From a bacterium (GTDB lineage: Bacteria > JADJOY01), in assembly GCA_046331705.1 (NCBI GenBank), contig JAXLQJ010000008.1, positions 135,836 to 199,835 of the forward strand: a DNA stretch of 64,000 nucleotides. The letters are read 5' to 3'. The notes beneath the pieces are model-generated. The model did not search any database. It worked only from the letters and a program-made list of their open reading frames with translations, and had not been told where the DNA came from. Every line of letters begins with the position of its first letter. Position 1 is the stretch's first letter. This document shows, in pieces, positions 51,138 through 61,781 of the stretch. Made by a program: the position numbers and the translations under genes.

Positions 51138-52829
51138 TCAGATCGCGCCGCGACCGCGCGCCGCGAAGAACACCGTCGCGAGAATGATGATCAGGTCGAG
51201 CAGGAAGCCCTGATTCTCGATGTAGTAGATGTCGTAGTCCATGTTGGCGTGGATCTCGCCCGCCCGGTCCTCGCTGATCTGCCAGAGCCCCGTGACACCC
51301 GGCTTCACGTTCAATCGCTGACGCTGGAAGTCGTCGTAGAGCGCGACGATGAACGGCATCTCGGGGCGCGGCCCCACGGTGCTCATGTCGCCCTTGAGCA
51401 CGTTCACGAACTGGGGGAGCTCGTCGAGCGAGAACCGGCGCAAGATCGCGCCCAGGCGCGTGATCCGGGGATCGGTCGGATCCCGCGGCGTCACGCCGTG
51501 CGGCGGCGCGCTGGTGTACATCGACCGGAACTTGTGGATCAGGAAAGGCTTGCCGTCCTTGCCGATGCGGGTGTGGGAGAAGAAGGCGGGCCCCGGGCTG
51601 TCGAGGCGAACGGCCACGGCGAGCAACAACAGGAGGGGCGCGAGCAGGAACAGCACCAACGACGCGAACACGATGTCGAACATGCGCTTGATCGCGTCGG
51701 CCACCGCTCGATAGCGCAGCGACTTGAGCGTGATCAGCGGAATGCCCTCGATCTCGTTCCACGCCACCTGGTGCACGATCAGGTTGTAGAGCGCGGGGAT
51801 CACGCTGAACCCGATGCCCAGCTCGTTGCAGACGCGCAGGATCTCCAGGCTGCGCTCCTGCGCCAACGACGGCACCGCCACGAAGACGTGGTGGATCTGC
51901 GCGTTCTCGACCACCCAGCGCAGGTTCTCGAAGGTTCCCAGCACCGGCAGCCCGACGTTGTCCCCGTCCTTGATGGGCACGCGCATCCCGCGCTTCGACT
52001 CGTCGTCGTCCACGAACCCGACGGGGTGATACCCGAGCCCGCCGCTGCGCTGGAGCTTCCGCACCAGTCGACGTCCGGTCTGCCCGGCGCCGTAGACCAG
52101 CACGCGATGCACGCCCAGCCCACGGGCGTGATAGCGCTGGTGGATCTGATAGAAGATCGTCCGCAGCGCCACCATCACCGCGATCATGGTGAACGGCACG
52201 TAGACGATGATGAGCCGCGACACCTTGGTGCCGGGCAGGAAGAACAGCAACGCGGCGAACACCAGACCGCCGAACAGGGCGCCGCGGACGATCTTCCGCA
52301 CCTCGCCCACGTTCATGATGCTGATCTCGCGCTGGTAGAGCCCGAACAGCCAGAACACCGGCACGAAGAAGGCCGGCGTCCAGGCGGCGAGCCCCACCAT
52401 CAGCTCACGCACGGCGGCGGCGTCGAGGTCCGCACCCACGCCACCGAAGGTCTCGAGGAGCTTCGGGTAGAAGAGCCACCAATCGATCGTGAGCTGCTGC
52501 AGGAAGAGCGCGAGGAAGAAGCTGATCACCACGGCCACGCCGTCGGCGACGGCGAGAAAGACCGTGAGCGCCACGTCGTAGTGACGCTTGAGGGCGTCGA
52601 ACAACGATTGCTCGGCGCGCCCGGTCCAGTCGGCTCCCTGCGCCTCGGTGTCGAGGGCACCGAGCGCTGGCGGGACCGCCCAGGGGTGCTGCGCAGCGGC
52701 GCTGGCGGCGTTCGCCGCGGGCCGCGTGACGTCGTTGGTCTTGGGTCGATCAGCCGTCGTCGTGACGGCCGGCTTGGGCTCGGCGGAGGAGATGACGCCC
52801 GATGCTCCAGGCGAATCGGAGGTTCTCAT
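51138..52829 (-). CDS. Undecaprenyl-phosphate sugar phosphotransferase (WbaP/WcaJ/EpsZ family, initiating glycosyltransferase)
   Basis: N-terminal TM block. Rossmann-like domain reads VLVYGAGQTGRRLVRKL. C-terminal sugar-transferase domain reads RIGKDGKPFLIHKFRSM...ILRRFSLDELPQFVNVLKGDMSTVGPRP...KPGVTGLWQ. Confidence 0.85.
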   Translation of the reverse strand: MRTSDSPGASGVISSAEPKPAVTTTADRPKTNDVTRPAANAASAAAQHPWAVPPALGALDTEAQGADWTGRAEQSLFDALKRHYDVALTVFLAVADGVAVVISFFLALFLQQLTIDWWLFYPKLLETFGGVGADLDAAAVRELMVGLAAWTPAFFVPVFWLFGLYQREISIMNVGEVRKIVRGALFGGLVFAALLFFLPGTKVSRLIIVYVPFTMIAVMVALRTIFYQIHQRYHARGLGVHRVLVYGAGQTGRRLVRKLQRSGGLGYHPVGFVDDDESKRGMRVPIKDGDNVGLPVLGTFENLRWVVENAQIHHVFVAVPSLAQERSLEILRVCNELGIGFSVIPALYNLIVHQVAWNEIEGIPLITLKSLRYRAVADAIKRMFDIVFASLVLFLLAPLLLLLAVAVRLDSPGPAFFSHTRIGKDGKPFLIHKFRSMYTSAPPHGVTPRDPTDPRITRLGAILRRFSLDELPQFVNVLKGDMSTVGPRPEMPFIVALYDDFQRQRLNVKPGVTGLWQISEDRAGEIHANMDYDIYYIENQGFLLDLIIILATVFFAARGRGAI

Positions 52830-53697
52830 ACGAGTAACGCTTCCAGAGCCGCCTCGGCTCCACGCACAGCCGGAAGAACCACTCGAGCCCGTTCTCGCTC
52901 ATCCATTGGGGGGCGCGTGGTGTTTCGCCGGAGAGGAAGTTGAAAAGGCCACCGCATGGGATGCACACCGGCACCTTCAGCGCTTCCAGATTCTGCCCGA
53001 CCCATTTCTCCTGATACGGCGCGCCCATCCCCACCAGCAGGATGTGCGGACGCGCGCGATTGATCGACTCGATGATCGTAGCATTCTCGGCCGGGCTGAA
53101 AAAACCATGCTGGGTCCCGGCGATGTGCAGCGTCGGATTGCGATCCTTGAGGGCCTGGCCCGCCCGTGCGGCGACGCCCGGCTTTCCGCCCAGGAGGTAG
53201 ATGCCCATGCCGTTGCGTGCCGCATACTCGGCGATGGGGTGGATCAGGTCCGAGAGCGTGAGCTTGACCGGCACCGGCCGGCCGATCAGCCGCGACCCCC
53301 ACACGATGGACATCCCGTCGGGATAGACGAGGTCCGCGTTGCGAACCACGTCGCGGTACTGGGGGTCCGACAGGTTCTGACAATACGTGTGCGCGTTCAG
53401 GTAGATGAGCGTGTGGACCCGGCCGTTTTGAGCACAGAGTTCACCGATCTTGGCGAGCACGTCCTCGGTGCGCAGCACGTCGAGGGGCACGCCCATGAAA
53501 TCGACGCGCTTCACCGGGTACGGCACGAGGTCCGTGCGCGGCTCGTGGAGGCCGCCTTCCGGCTGCGCGGTCGCCTCGGCTGCGCGCTCGACGGTGTCGA
53601 CCGCGGCGGCGGGTGGTAGTGGGTGCAGCTCGGCGCGCGTCGCCGTGCGAGTGGCGGCTGGCTCTTCCACGCGGTCCCCTGGGGTGGTCGAGATCAC
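52750..53697 (-). CDS. WecB/TagA/CpsF-family glycosyltransferase (GT26)
   Basis: Reads VDFMGVPLDVLRTEDVL...IYLNAHTYCQNLSDPQYRDVVRNADLVYPDGMSIVWGSRLIG...GIYLLGGKPGVAARAGQAL...ILLVGMGAPYQEKWV. Confidence 0.85.
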   Translation of the reverse strand: MISTTPGDRVEEPAATRTATRAELHPLPPAAAVDTVERAAEATAQPEGGLHEPRTDLVPYPVKRVDFMGVPLDVLRTEDVLAKIGELCAQNGRVHTLIYLNAHTYCQNLSDPQYRDVVRNADLVYPDGMSIVWGSRLIGRPVPVKLTLSDLIHPIAEYAARNGMGIYLLGGKPGVAARAGQALKDRNPTLHIAGTQHGFFSPAENATIIESINRARPHILLVGMGAPYQEKWVGQNLEALKVPVCIPCGGLFNFLSGETPRAPQWMSENGLEWFFRLCVEPRRLWKRYSYENLRFAWSIGRHLLRRAQAGRHDDG

Positions 53698-53945
53698 GGA
53701 GCGTTCGGCCTCGTCGTCAATCCACTCGTCCGCATTTCAGGCCGGCAACGGACACCGGCGGACGCCCATCGGCTCATCGGTGGGTGCGCTTGGGTCGGTG
53801 GACTCGTCTGCGACCGAGGCCCGCCATTCGCATCTCGGCTTCCAGGAAACGTGAAGCCCCACAGGATCTTTCGGCGAGAGGAATTCGAATTCGGTCGTGT
53901 CGTACCATTTCGACCTACCCCTGTCAAACAACCGTCGCTCTTGCT

Positions 53946-55080
53946 TCATCCGCGCGAAACGCTTCGCCAAACCTGGCTTGCCGCGCGAGCGACGGAGGTC
54001 ACGGTGTGGCTGTGTATACACGGCTCGGTGGGCCGCACGCAGCGATGCTGATCGCACGGTGAGCATGGATAACCTGGATCGAGCGCAATCCCCTCGAATC
54101 CGAGCGGCGCCGTCAGCACCGGACTCGCCGGGCCGAAGAGCCCCACGGCCGGCGTTCCCACGGCGCAGGCGAAATGAAGCGGACCGGAATCGCCGCCCAC
54201 GAAGACCGACGCCGACGCGAGCAGCGCCGCCACCTCGGGCAGCGGCCGCGACACCCACGCCGTCGCCGGCGCGCCGAGCCCGTGACGGATTGCGCCCACG
54301 GTCGCGGTCTCTGCACGGTTCCCGAGGACCACGATTCGGGCCGCGTGGGACGCGACGAGCGAGCGCCCCAGCGCGATCCACCGATCGGTCGGCCAACCAC
54401 GAAAGCGCCAGGTGGCCCCGGGGTGCAGGACGGCGATCCCCCCGCTCGGCTGCGCCGCGGTCGCGGCGAGCTCGTCCCGAACCCGCGCCACGCTCGCCGG
54501 CGACGGCACCAAGCGCGCCGTCGCTACGATCGACGGCGCGTCGAGAAGCTCGAGCACCGCCGCGGCGCGCATCGCGAGCGGCGTCCCGGGCGGCACGGTG
54601 CGCCAAGCCGCACCGCTCGCTCCGCGCAGCACGACGTCGAGCCGATCGCGAAACGGCGTGAGCGGCGAAGTCCAATCGAAGTAGCCCACCCGCGTCGCGG
54701 CGTCGGACGCGAACACGACGAGGGTGTTGCGAATGGAGGGACTCACGTTGACGATCGCGTCGCCACCCGAACGGGCGAGCGCCACGAGGTCGCGGATGCG
54801 GCGTCCACCTCGCGGTACGCCAACGACCCGATCGATCCCGCCCTGCCCTTCGAAGAGCGCGGCATAGGCGGAATCCACGGCGAGCGCCACCGAGTCGAAG
54901 CGCCGCGACCGGCGCAGATGGACGGCGACCGCGTAGGCCTGGATCGCATCGCCGAGCCGCGACAGCTCGACCACGATCGCGCTGCCGCGCGTGGGGCGCG
55001 CCGAGCGCCTCACCGGCGCCCTCGCCAGCAGCGACGCGCCCACGTCGGACGCCCACGCGCCGAGAATCCGGCGCGCCCCC
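53946..55080 (-). CDS. Glycosyltransferase family 9 (heptosyltransferase-like)
   Basis: Reads IVVELSRLGDAIQAY...GGIAVLHPGATWRFRGWPTDRW...VVLGNRAE...ASVFVGGDSGPLHFACAVGTPAVGLFGP...CSPCDQHRCV. Confidence 0.75.
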
Positions 55081-55084
55081 CGGC

Positions 55085-56290
55085 TCACGTCTCGCCCGCG
55101 ATGGGAGCGCGTGCGGCGGCCGCGAGCGCACGCGCGCAAGCCAGCCCGACGACCTCCGCGTCGAGGTTCGTGAGGCACGCCACGCGCCGGCAGCGCTGGA
55201 TGTTGCACGCAAGCGGCTCGCAGCCGAGATCCACGCGCGCCGCGACGACGCCTTCCCCGCGCGGCAGCACCCGCTCCGGGCCGTTCACGTCGCCAACCGG
55301 CCCGAGGATCGCGACCACGCGCGCCGCGACGGCCACCGCCAGATGCAGCACACCGGTATCCGGCACGACGACGAGTCGCGCACCGGCGAGGAGCGCCGCC
55401 AAGCCGCCCAGATCGAGCTGCCCGGCGAGGGACTGAACGGCGGGGACGCCAGCCGCGCGCACCACCGCTTGCGCGAGTGGCGCCTCCGCGAGCGAGCCCG
55501 TGACCCACACGTCGACGCGTTGCTCGTCGGTCAGCCGCCGCGCAACCGCGCCGAGCGTCGCCGGTGCCACGCGACGATAGGTCTGGTAACGCGCACCCGA
55601 CCCGGGATGCAGCACGACGTAATCGCGCGCCGCACCCAGCGCGCACGCCTCGCGCGCCTGGCGCGCCTGCGCGACGTCCTCGGCGCGCACGGGGAATCGC
55701 GGGAGCGCGCCCTCGTCGCACGCGACGCCGAGCGCGCGCAACAGATCGAGGTTGCGCTCGGCCTCGTAGCGGATGTCCGTTCGCAGCGCGATCCGGCGCG
55801 TGTGCAGGAACGCGCGCCGATCGCGGTCGTAGCCGACGCGGTGGCGCGCCCGCGTGCACCAGGCCAGCACGGCGGGCCGAAGCTCGGTCCACGAGTAGAG
55901 ATCGATCACGAGATCGATGGCACCGCTTGCGCGAAGACGGCGGACGGTCGCCGGTAGATCGCGCCAGCGCGCGCCGCCCACGCAGACCTCGTCCACCTCC
56001 GCGAGGCGAGCGAAGACCGCGGCGTTGGTCGTGCTGGCCAGCACCGTGATTCGCGCGTTCGGACAAGCGCGCCTGAGCGCGCGGACGAACGGAGTGGCGA
56101 GCAGCGCGTCTCCCAGCCGATCGTCGCGCAACACCACGACGTGGCGCAGCGCCGCGAGGTCGAGCGGGCCGACCTCGGCGCGCGGCGCGAGCGTGCTCGC
56201 GAGCTCGTAGGCGAGTCGGCGCAGCGCGCGCCATCCGCGGCGGAGCGGCCAGCTCGGCCGCGGCCAGAAGTCCGCCGACGGAGGGGCCGA
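55085..56290 (-). CDS. Glycosyltransferase family 9 (heptosyltransferase-like), tandem paralogue; start uncertain
   Basis: Reads VVVLRDDRLGDALLATPFVRAL...YVVLHPGSGARYQTYRRV...WVTGSLAEAPLAQAVV...RLVVVPDTGVLHLAVAVAARVVAILGP...CEPLACNIQRC. No ATG is found near the N-terminus, so a GTG or TTG start is assumed. Confidence 0.65.
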   Translation of the reverse strand, partial: SAPPSADFWPRPSWPLRRGWRALRRLAYELASTLAPRAEVGPLDLAALRHVVVLRDDRLGDALLATPFVRALRRACPNARITVLASTTNAAVFARLAEVDEVCVGGARWRDLPATVRRLRASGAIDLVIDLYSWTELRPAVLAWCTRARHRVGYDRDRRAFLHTRRIALRTDIRYEAERNLDLLRALGVACDEGALPRFPVRAEDVAQARQAREACALGAARDYVVLHPGSGARYQTYRRVAPATLGAVARRLTDEQRVDVWVTGSLAEAPLAQAVVRAAGVPAVQSLAGQLDLGGLAALLAGARLVVVPDTGVLHLAVAVAARVVAILGPVGDVNGPERVLPRGEGVVAARVDLGCEPLACNIQRCRRVACLTNLDAEVVGLACARALAAAARAPIAGET

Positions 56291-56316
56291 GCGCGGCGCG
56301 GCGCGTGGCGCGCTCG

Positions 56317-56934
56317 TCAATAGAGCCGCCCGCGCGCCCACAGACGAACCCAGCGCTTGATTCGCGGGCCCACGCGCAGCGCCGCCGGCAGCGGCGCACG
56401 CGACAGCACGGCGATGTGGCTCGCGGGATTCACGAGGAAGGTGCGCGCGCCCGCCGCACGCAGCTGGGCCATCGACCACGGCGTCACGTGCTGCTCGTAA
56501 CGGTTGCCGAGGAACTCGTCGCGCTCCTTGAAGTCCCGCGGCACGCTCACGATGGCCACGCGCCCGACACGGGTGGCGTGCTCGAGCACCGCGAGGCCGA
56601 CTTCGCGAGTCATGTGCTCCAGGATGTCGATCAGCAGCACCACGTCGAACGATCCGTCGTCGAGCTTCGCGAGCACCTCCAGCGCCTCGCCGCGATGGAT
56701 GCGATCGTAGACGCGCTCGTGGACCGCTCCCAGATACGGCTCGTGCGCCTCGATCCCCTCGACGCGCACCGTGCGCGTGCCGTACGGAACCTTGCCCGGG
56801 AAGACCTCCAGGTACTCGCGGGCGAGAAAGCCCCACTTGCCGTTCCCCACGCCCACGTCGAGGAGCGTCCGCGGCTCGAGGCGCACCAGCGCATCGACGA
56901 GCACTCCGATCTGAGACCACTGGCTGGTCGGCAT
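56317..56934 (-). CDS. Class I SAM-dependent methyltransferase
   Basis: Reads LLDVGVGNGKWGFLAREYL...GIEAHEPYLG...DGSFDVVLLIDILEHM. Confidence 0.75.
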   Translation of the reverse strand: MPTSQWSQIGVLVDALVRLEPRTLLDVGVGNGKWGFLAREYLEVFPGKVPYGTRTVRVEGIEAHEPYLGAVHERVYDRIHRGEALEVLAKLDDGSFDVVLLIDILEHMTREVGLAVLEHATRVGRVAIVSVPRDFKERDEFLGNRYEQHVTPWSMAQLRAAGARTFLVNPASHIAVLSRAPLPAALRVGPRIKRWVRLWARGRLY

Positions 56935-57006
56935 GGGTGGATCACTCCCCGCTCAAGAAAGCCCATGCCCGCGAGCCGCGCCAAGCGGCACCGGCGCGGG
57001 CGCGCG

Positions 57007-57945
57007 TCACACGAGACGGCTCACGACCGAACGCTCGCCGAGCACCGTTTCGATCAAGGCACGCCGGTCGCGCCACGGCATCTGCGGTCCCAGATACTGG
57101 AGCAACACCGCGCGCAACGACGCGTCCGCGTGCGCCAGGTCCAAGCCGGCGAGCGCCAACGCGGCGAGCGTCTCTGCGGCGATCGCATCGGCGAGCGCTC
57201 CCGGGTCGAAGAAGAGCCGCCGCACCGGCGCGAGGATCTGCTCGTCGTCGGCGAGCGGCCCGCTCAGGTCCGGCGGACGCGCGCGCCACGCGAGCCCCAT
57301 CTGCACGACGAACCGGAACCAGTCGTAGAGCGGATGGCCGCGACGCGCGTATTCCCAATCCACGACGCGGATCCCCGAGCGGCTGCGGAGCACGTTGCTG
57401 GTGCTCAGATCGAAGTGGCACCAGACCGCCGGGCTCGCGTCGAGCGCGTGCGCCGCCGCCAGCGCCGCGCTGAAGCTCGCCACCACACGCGGACCGCTCA
57501 CGGCGACGTCGCTCTCGAGCGACCGGAGCACGGCGGCGCACGAGTAGCGCTCGCCGAAGGTGGCGGGCGCCGGAACCGACCAGAGCTCCGCCAGCCAGAT
57601 CCGCGCCTCTTCGAGCTGCGACCGCAGCGCGGTCACGGACCTCGCCGGCGCGAGCGGAGCGCCCTCGAGGAAACCGAGCACCGCCGCTTCGCCGGGCCCG
57701 ACACTCGCGCGGGCGAGCGGCTCGGGAACGCTGAGCGCGAACGAAGCAGGCGCGTGCGCGCGCAGGGCCGCGAGGGCCTCGTACTCGCGCGCCACGCGGT
57801 TCTCGCCCTCGCCGCGGTGCACGCGCACCACGCGCCGCCGCCCCAGGCCGGCGGGTCGCACGATCAGCGTCAGGCTGCGCCGTCCCGAGACGACGAGCTC
57901 GATGGTGGCGCCTTCGAGCCCCAGCGCCGCGAGCAGCTCGTTCAT
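57007..57945 (-). CDS. Aminoglycoside-phosphotransferase-fold kinase (APH/choline-kinase/Kdo-kinase-like)
   Basis: Reads MNELLAALGLEGATIELVVSGRRSLTLIV...VWCHFDLSTSNVLRSRSGIRVVDWEYARRGHPLYDW. Brenner motif and DxE-type catalytic loop are present. Its ATG overlaps the upstream gene's stop (ATGA). Confidence 0.7.
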   Translation of the reverse strand: MNELLAALGLEGATIELVVSGRRSLTLIVRPAGLGRRRVVRVHRGEGENRVAREYEALAALRAHAPASFALSVPEPLARASVGPGEAAVLGFLEGAPLAPARSVTALRSQLEEARIWLAELWSVPAPATFGERYSCAAVLRSLESDVAVSGPRVVASFSAALAAAHALDASPAVWCHFDLSTSNVLRSRSGIRVVDWEYARRGHPLYDWFRFVVQMGLAWRARPPDLSGPLADDEQILAPVRRLFFDPGALADAIAAETLAALALAGLDLAHADASLRAVLLQYLGPQMPWRDRRALIETVLGERSVVSRLV

Positions 57946-59006
57946 CGTCGGTGCTCGCCTGCGGCCGGTCGCTGCGCGATCAAGGCCACGCACGGGAAGA
58001 GAAACGGAACCAGCCAACGCGGCGAGCCGAGCGCCGCCACGGCGCGGGCGAGCGCCACGAACACACGCGCCTCCCACGAGGGAAACGGCATGCCGCGGGC
58101 GGCGAGCAGCGTGAGCTCGGGGCGCGGCGCGATGGGCACGACGAAACGGAAATAGCGGTAGTCCCGAAGCGGTCCCCACACCGAGCGCAGCTCGAGCCCG
58201 GCGTCCTCGACCAGCGACCGCAGACCGCCGACCCCGTGCGTGAAGCATCGATACGGCGCCCCACCCTTCCGCCAGCGGTGATAGCGATCGGCGAGCGCCC
58301 GCGGCAGCGGCGTGAGCCATCGCAAGCCGGTGTGCTCGTCACGCGCGCCCGCCAGGTAGCGCAACGCGAAGCGATTCTCCATCGCCAGATAGAGCCGCCC
58401 GCCTGGTTTGAGCGTACGCGCCGCCTCGACCAGGGCGAGGCGCTGCGCCTCGCGCGGCGACACGTCCGTGCGCGAGACGGGCACCCATTCGAGGACGCCG
58501 TTCACCACGACGGCGTCGAACACGGCGTCGGCGAACGGCAGCGCGAAGAGGTCGGCGTTCGCGGCGACGAGGTTCGAGACGCCGTCACGGGCGGCACGCG
58601 CCGCGACCGCGTCCGCGGCGCCGACGGTGGGATCGACCGCGTGCAGCTCACGAACCCAGCGCGCGAGCGGAAACGAGAGCCCACCCCAGCCACAACCGGC
58701 GTCGAGCACCACCGCGGTCGAGGGATTCTCGATCGCGAGCAAGGCCGCGTCCGCGCGCCCCGGATGCGTCAGCCAGCGGCGCATCTCGGCCGACAGCGAC
58801 TCCTCGATCAGCGGCTCGTCGGTCGCCTCGGCACGATCCAGCTCCGCCACGCCGAAGCGGTAGCCGAGCCGCGTGAACCGCGGCACGCCCGCAGCCGCGG
58901 CGAAGCTCGCGCCGCAGCCCGCGCACGCGAGCCCCGCGGCGCGATCCTCGAGCGCCGCGCGACACGCGGGACAGCGCCAGCCGACGATCACCGCGGTGTG
59001 CTGGAC
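57942..59006 (-). CDS. SAM-dependent methyltransferase with N-terminal zinc-ribbon (Trm112-like CxxC...CxxC)
   Basis: Reads WRCPACRAALEDRAAGLACAGCGASF, then VVLDAGCGWGGLSFPLARWVRELHAVD...AVFDAVVVNGVLEWV...LKPGGRLYLAMENRFAL. Confidence 0.7.
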   Translation of the reverse strand, partial: VQHTAVIVGWRCPACRAALEDRAAGLACAGCGASFAAAAGVPRFTRLGYRFGVAELDRAEATDEPLIEESLSAEMRRWLTHPGRADAALLAIENPSTAVVLDAGCGWGGLSFPLARWVRELHAVDPTVGAADAVAARAARDGVSNLVAANADLFALPFADAVFDAVVVNGVLEWVPVSRTDVSPREAQRLALVEAARTLKPGGRLYLAMENRFALRYLAGARDEHTGLRWLTPLPRALADRYHRWRKGGAPYRCFTHGVGGLRSLVEDAGLELRSVWGPLRDYRYFRFVVPIAPRPELTLLAARGMPFPSWEARVFVALARAVAALGSPRWLVPFLFPCVALIAQRPAAGEHRR

Positions 59007-60460
59007 GCGGCGAGCGCATCGGCGCGCGGCACGTGGAACACCGCCAGCGCGATCACCAGCGTCGCCAGGTACGGCCCCGCCACGTAACCCCACGCCGGCA
59101 GCGTGATGCCGTAGATGGTGAGCCCGACCCACGAGGCCATGGCACCCAGCGCGAACGTCTCCAGGAACGGGTCCCGCGCCCGCCGGAACGCCTTCCACGC
59201 GAGGCGCGCGGCCTCCGCGCTGAGCCCGACGTAGAGCGCCAGCCCGAGGATCCCGAGCTCGATCCCGATCTGCAGGAACCAGCTCTCGACGCCGAACCCC
59301 GTGCCGATCCCGATGAACCGCAGGAACGCGCGCCCGACCTTGCCGATCCCGATGCCGAGCGGGTGCGCGAGCATGTACTTGGCGCCGTCCCAGAGCTCGC
59401 GGAAGTGGTTGCGCGAGCTGGGCTCACCGAGCGCCAGCGTCACCTTGATGAACTCGATGCCGCCGGTGGCGACCAACAGCCCCGCGGCACCGATCAAGCC
59501 CAGCAACGCGAAGAGCACGGTCTCGCGACGGCGCGCCATGGCCACCAGCACGATCGCGACACCCGCCGCCGCGCCGATCCACGCCGAGCGCGTGAACGTG
59601 AAGTAGAGCCCCGCCGCCAGCGCCGCCACCACCAGCTTGAGCGGGTGCGCGACGCGACCGTTCGGGTAGTACACGGCCACCGGAATCGCCCACAAGAGCA
59701 GCACCAGCAGATAGGTGCTCAGCGACAGCGGATCGCCGATCACCGAGATCGCGCGGAACATGCCGATCGACTCGCGCTTGAAGTTCCACGGGATGAAGGC
59801 GCCGAACGGGCTTTGCCGGCCGAAGCCGAGCGCCGTGAGATCGCTCTCCTCGAGGAAGTACACCTGGTAGACGCCGAACAGCGCGACCGCCGCGCCGATC
59901 CACACCGACACCAGGAACATCCGCCGCAGGTCGTCACGTTCGAGGTACGCGAAACGCAACAGCAAGAGTGGCACCAGATACGCGAAATCGACCTTCACGC
60001 CCCACAGCGCCTGCACGTGGAAATGCTGCGCGGCGAAATACGCGAGCTGGAGCGCCAGGTAGCCGAGCAGCAGAAAGTCGAGGATCGGCGTCGACGTGAG
60101 CGCGGTCTTGAGATGAGCGCGCCGACGCCCCAGCAAGATCAGCACGAAGAAGAGCTCTTCCCAACGCGTGCCGAGCGTCGCCCAGCCGTAGCTCACGATG
60201 TCGCGGTTGACCAAGTTGAGCCGCAGCCACTCCCAGAACGGCAGCAGCAACGCGTACACCACCAGCCCGTGCCCCGGCCGCACCAGCACCAGCCCGAAGC
60301 TGAGCACGTAGAGCGCCGCCATCGCGGTGACGAAGACCGTGACGGAGGGATCGAGGCGCGGAATCGCCAGCGCCGAGAGCAGCGCGACCAGCGTCGCCAG
60401 GGCGGCGACCAGGCCGTCGGTTCCGAGCTTGAGCGGGCGAGAGCGTGCGACGGCGAGCAT
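58988..60460 (-). CDS. O-antigen ligase / polymerase family membrane protein (Wzy_C domain)
   Basis: About 490 aa with 10 or more TMs. Periplasmic loop block reads VAVYYPNGRVAHPLKLVVAALAAGLYFTFTRSAWIG. The long ORF extends upstream as an Arg-rich shadow; the ATG at 60460 is taken as the start. Confidence 0.8.
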   Translation of the reverse strand: MLAVARSRPLKLGTDGLVAALATLVALLSALAIPRLDPSVTVFVTAMAALYVLSFGLVLVRPGHGLVVYALLLPFWEWLRLNLVNRDIVSYGWATLGTRWEELFFVLILLGRRRAHLKTALTSTPILDFLLLGYLALQLAYFAAQHFHVQALWGVKVDFAYLVPLLLLRFAYLERDDLRRMFLVSVWIGAAVALFGVYQVYFLEESDLTALGFGRQSPFGAFIPWNFKRESIGMFRAISVIGDPLSLSTYLLVLLLWAIPVAVYYPNGRVAHPLKLVVAALAAGLYFTFTRSAWIGAAAGVAIVLVAMARRRETVLFALLGLIGAAGLLVATGGIEFIKVTLALGEPSSRNHFRELWDGAKYMLAHPLGIGIGKVGRAFLRFIGIGTGFGVESWFLQIGIELGILGLALYVGLSAEAARLAWKAFRRARDPFLETFALGAMASWVGLTIYGITLPAWGYVAGPYLATLVIALAVFHVPRADALAASSTPR

Positions 60461-60495
60461 GACGGGACGCGGGTTCGATCGAGCGGCGGCGGGAA

Positions 60496-61668
60496 TCAAT
60501 CCCAATTCCGCGGGCGCCGCAAGCGAGCCGCGGGCTCCTCGATCGCGGCGCCGTAGACGTCCCAGGTGAGCCGCGCGGTGCGGTCCCAGGTGAACTCGGC
60601 GGCGCGAGCGAGGCCGCGGGCGATCCGCTCGCGCCGCAGATCGCCGCGCTCGAGCAGCTCGGCGAGCGTGCCGGCGAAGCTCGCCACGTCCCCCGGCGGC
60701 GCGTAGAGCGCGGCATCCCCGCCGACCTCGGGCAACGATCCCGCGCGCGCCGCCAGCACCGGCGCGCCGCAGGTCATGGCCTCGAGCACCGGCAGCCCGA
60801 AACCTTCGTACGTGCTCGGGAACACGAACGCGCTCGCGCCGGTGTAGAGCGCCGCCAGATCCGGGGGCGAGACGAAGCCGGTACGAACCACGTGCGCGCC
60901 GATCCCATGGCGCTCGATGGCGGCGACGAGATCGGGAACGCCCGCACCGCCGCCGCCCACCAACACCAAGCGCGCATCGTGCTCGCGCCGCCTGAGCTCG
61001 GCGAACGCAGCGATCAGCGTCGCCACGTCCTTCCGGGGCTCGGCTCGATCGTAGCCGCCCACGTGCAGAACGTACGGTGGGCGGACCCCCAGCCGTCCCA
61101 GCGTCGCCGCCACCGCATCCGCGCTCGCGGGAGCCAAGCCCGGCTGGGCGGCCTCGGGCACGACCACCAGGCGCTCCGGATCGAGAGGCAGGTGCCGCAG
61201 GATCGCGGCCCGCGAGAACTCCGAGACGGTGATGATGCGCGCCGCGCGGCGCGCGAAGCGATAGAGGAAGCGATGCTCGAGGCCCGTGCGCACGATGCCG
61301 CCCGGTCGTTCCAGCGGCGCCACGTCGTGGATCGTGACGACCAGCGGCACCGGATACCACCACGCGAGATCGTACGGCGATGGCGCGTGGAAGGCGTCGA
61401 TCTCGGCGCAGCCCACCTCCACCGGCAGCAGCAGCTGGTTGAGCGCGTCGGAAAGCACGCGCTGCTCGCGCCACACGCGATGGAGCTCGGCGAAACCGAG
61501 CTCCGCGGACACCACGCCGAGCGGCTCGGGCTCGCGGTAGCGAAACCGCACGACCTGCTCGGCGAAGCCTGCGCTCTCGAAGCCGGCGAGCAGCCCGCGA
61601 ATGTAGGTCGCGATGCCACGCGCGGCTCCCGACTCCTGGAGGATGCGGACGTCGAGACCGATGGCCAT
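60496..61668 (-). CDS. Glycosyltransferase family 4 (GT-B, glycosyl transferases group 1)
   Basis: Intact 390-aa ORF. Reads ...YVLHVGGYDRAEPRKDVATLIAAF...RLVLVGGGG...ASAFVFPSTYEGFGLPVLEAMTCGAPVLAARAGSLPEV (EX7E motif). Confidence 0.85.
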   Translation of the reverse strand: MAIGLDVRILQESGAARGIATYIRGLLAGFESAGFAEQVVRFRYREPEPLGVVSAELGFAELHRVWREQRVLSDALNQLLLPVEVGCAEIDAFHAPSPYDLAWWYPVPLVVTIHDVAPLERPGGIVRTGLEHRFLYRFARRAARIITVSEFSRAAILRHLPLDPERLVVVPEAAQPGLAPASADAVAATLGRLGVRPPYVLHVGGYDRAEPRKDVATLIAAFAELRRREHDARLVLVGGGGAGVPDLVAAIERHGIGAHVVRTGFVSPPDLAALYTGASAFVFPSTYEGFGLPVLEAMTCGAPVLAARAGSLPEVGGDAALYAPPGDVASFAGTLAELLERGDLRRERIARGLARAAEFTWDRTARLTWDVYGAAIEEPAARLRRPRNWD

Positions 61669-61781
61669 GGCGAGGAGCGACGAGGCGAGAGCGGCGCCCG
61701 CGTGAGGTGCGCCGCTGCGAAGTGTTGCATCGACCCGAGGGACACGTACAATCGCGCGCGGCCCTCGAACGGCTCCCGGCG

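Noticed and set aside
53737-55212. 491-aa minus-strand ORF overlapping both GT9 genes in a third frame
   Set aside because: Gly/Arg/Ala-rich with no motifs. Overlaps two motif-bearing GT9 ORFs.
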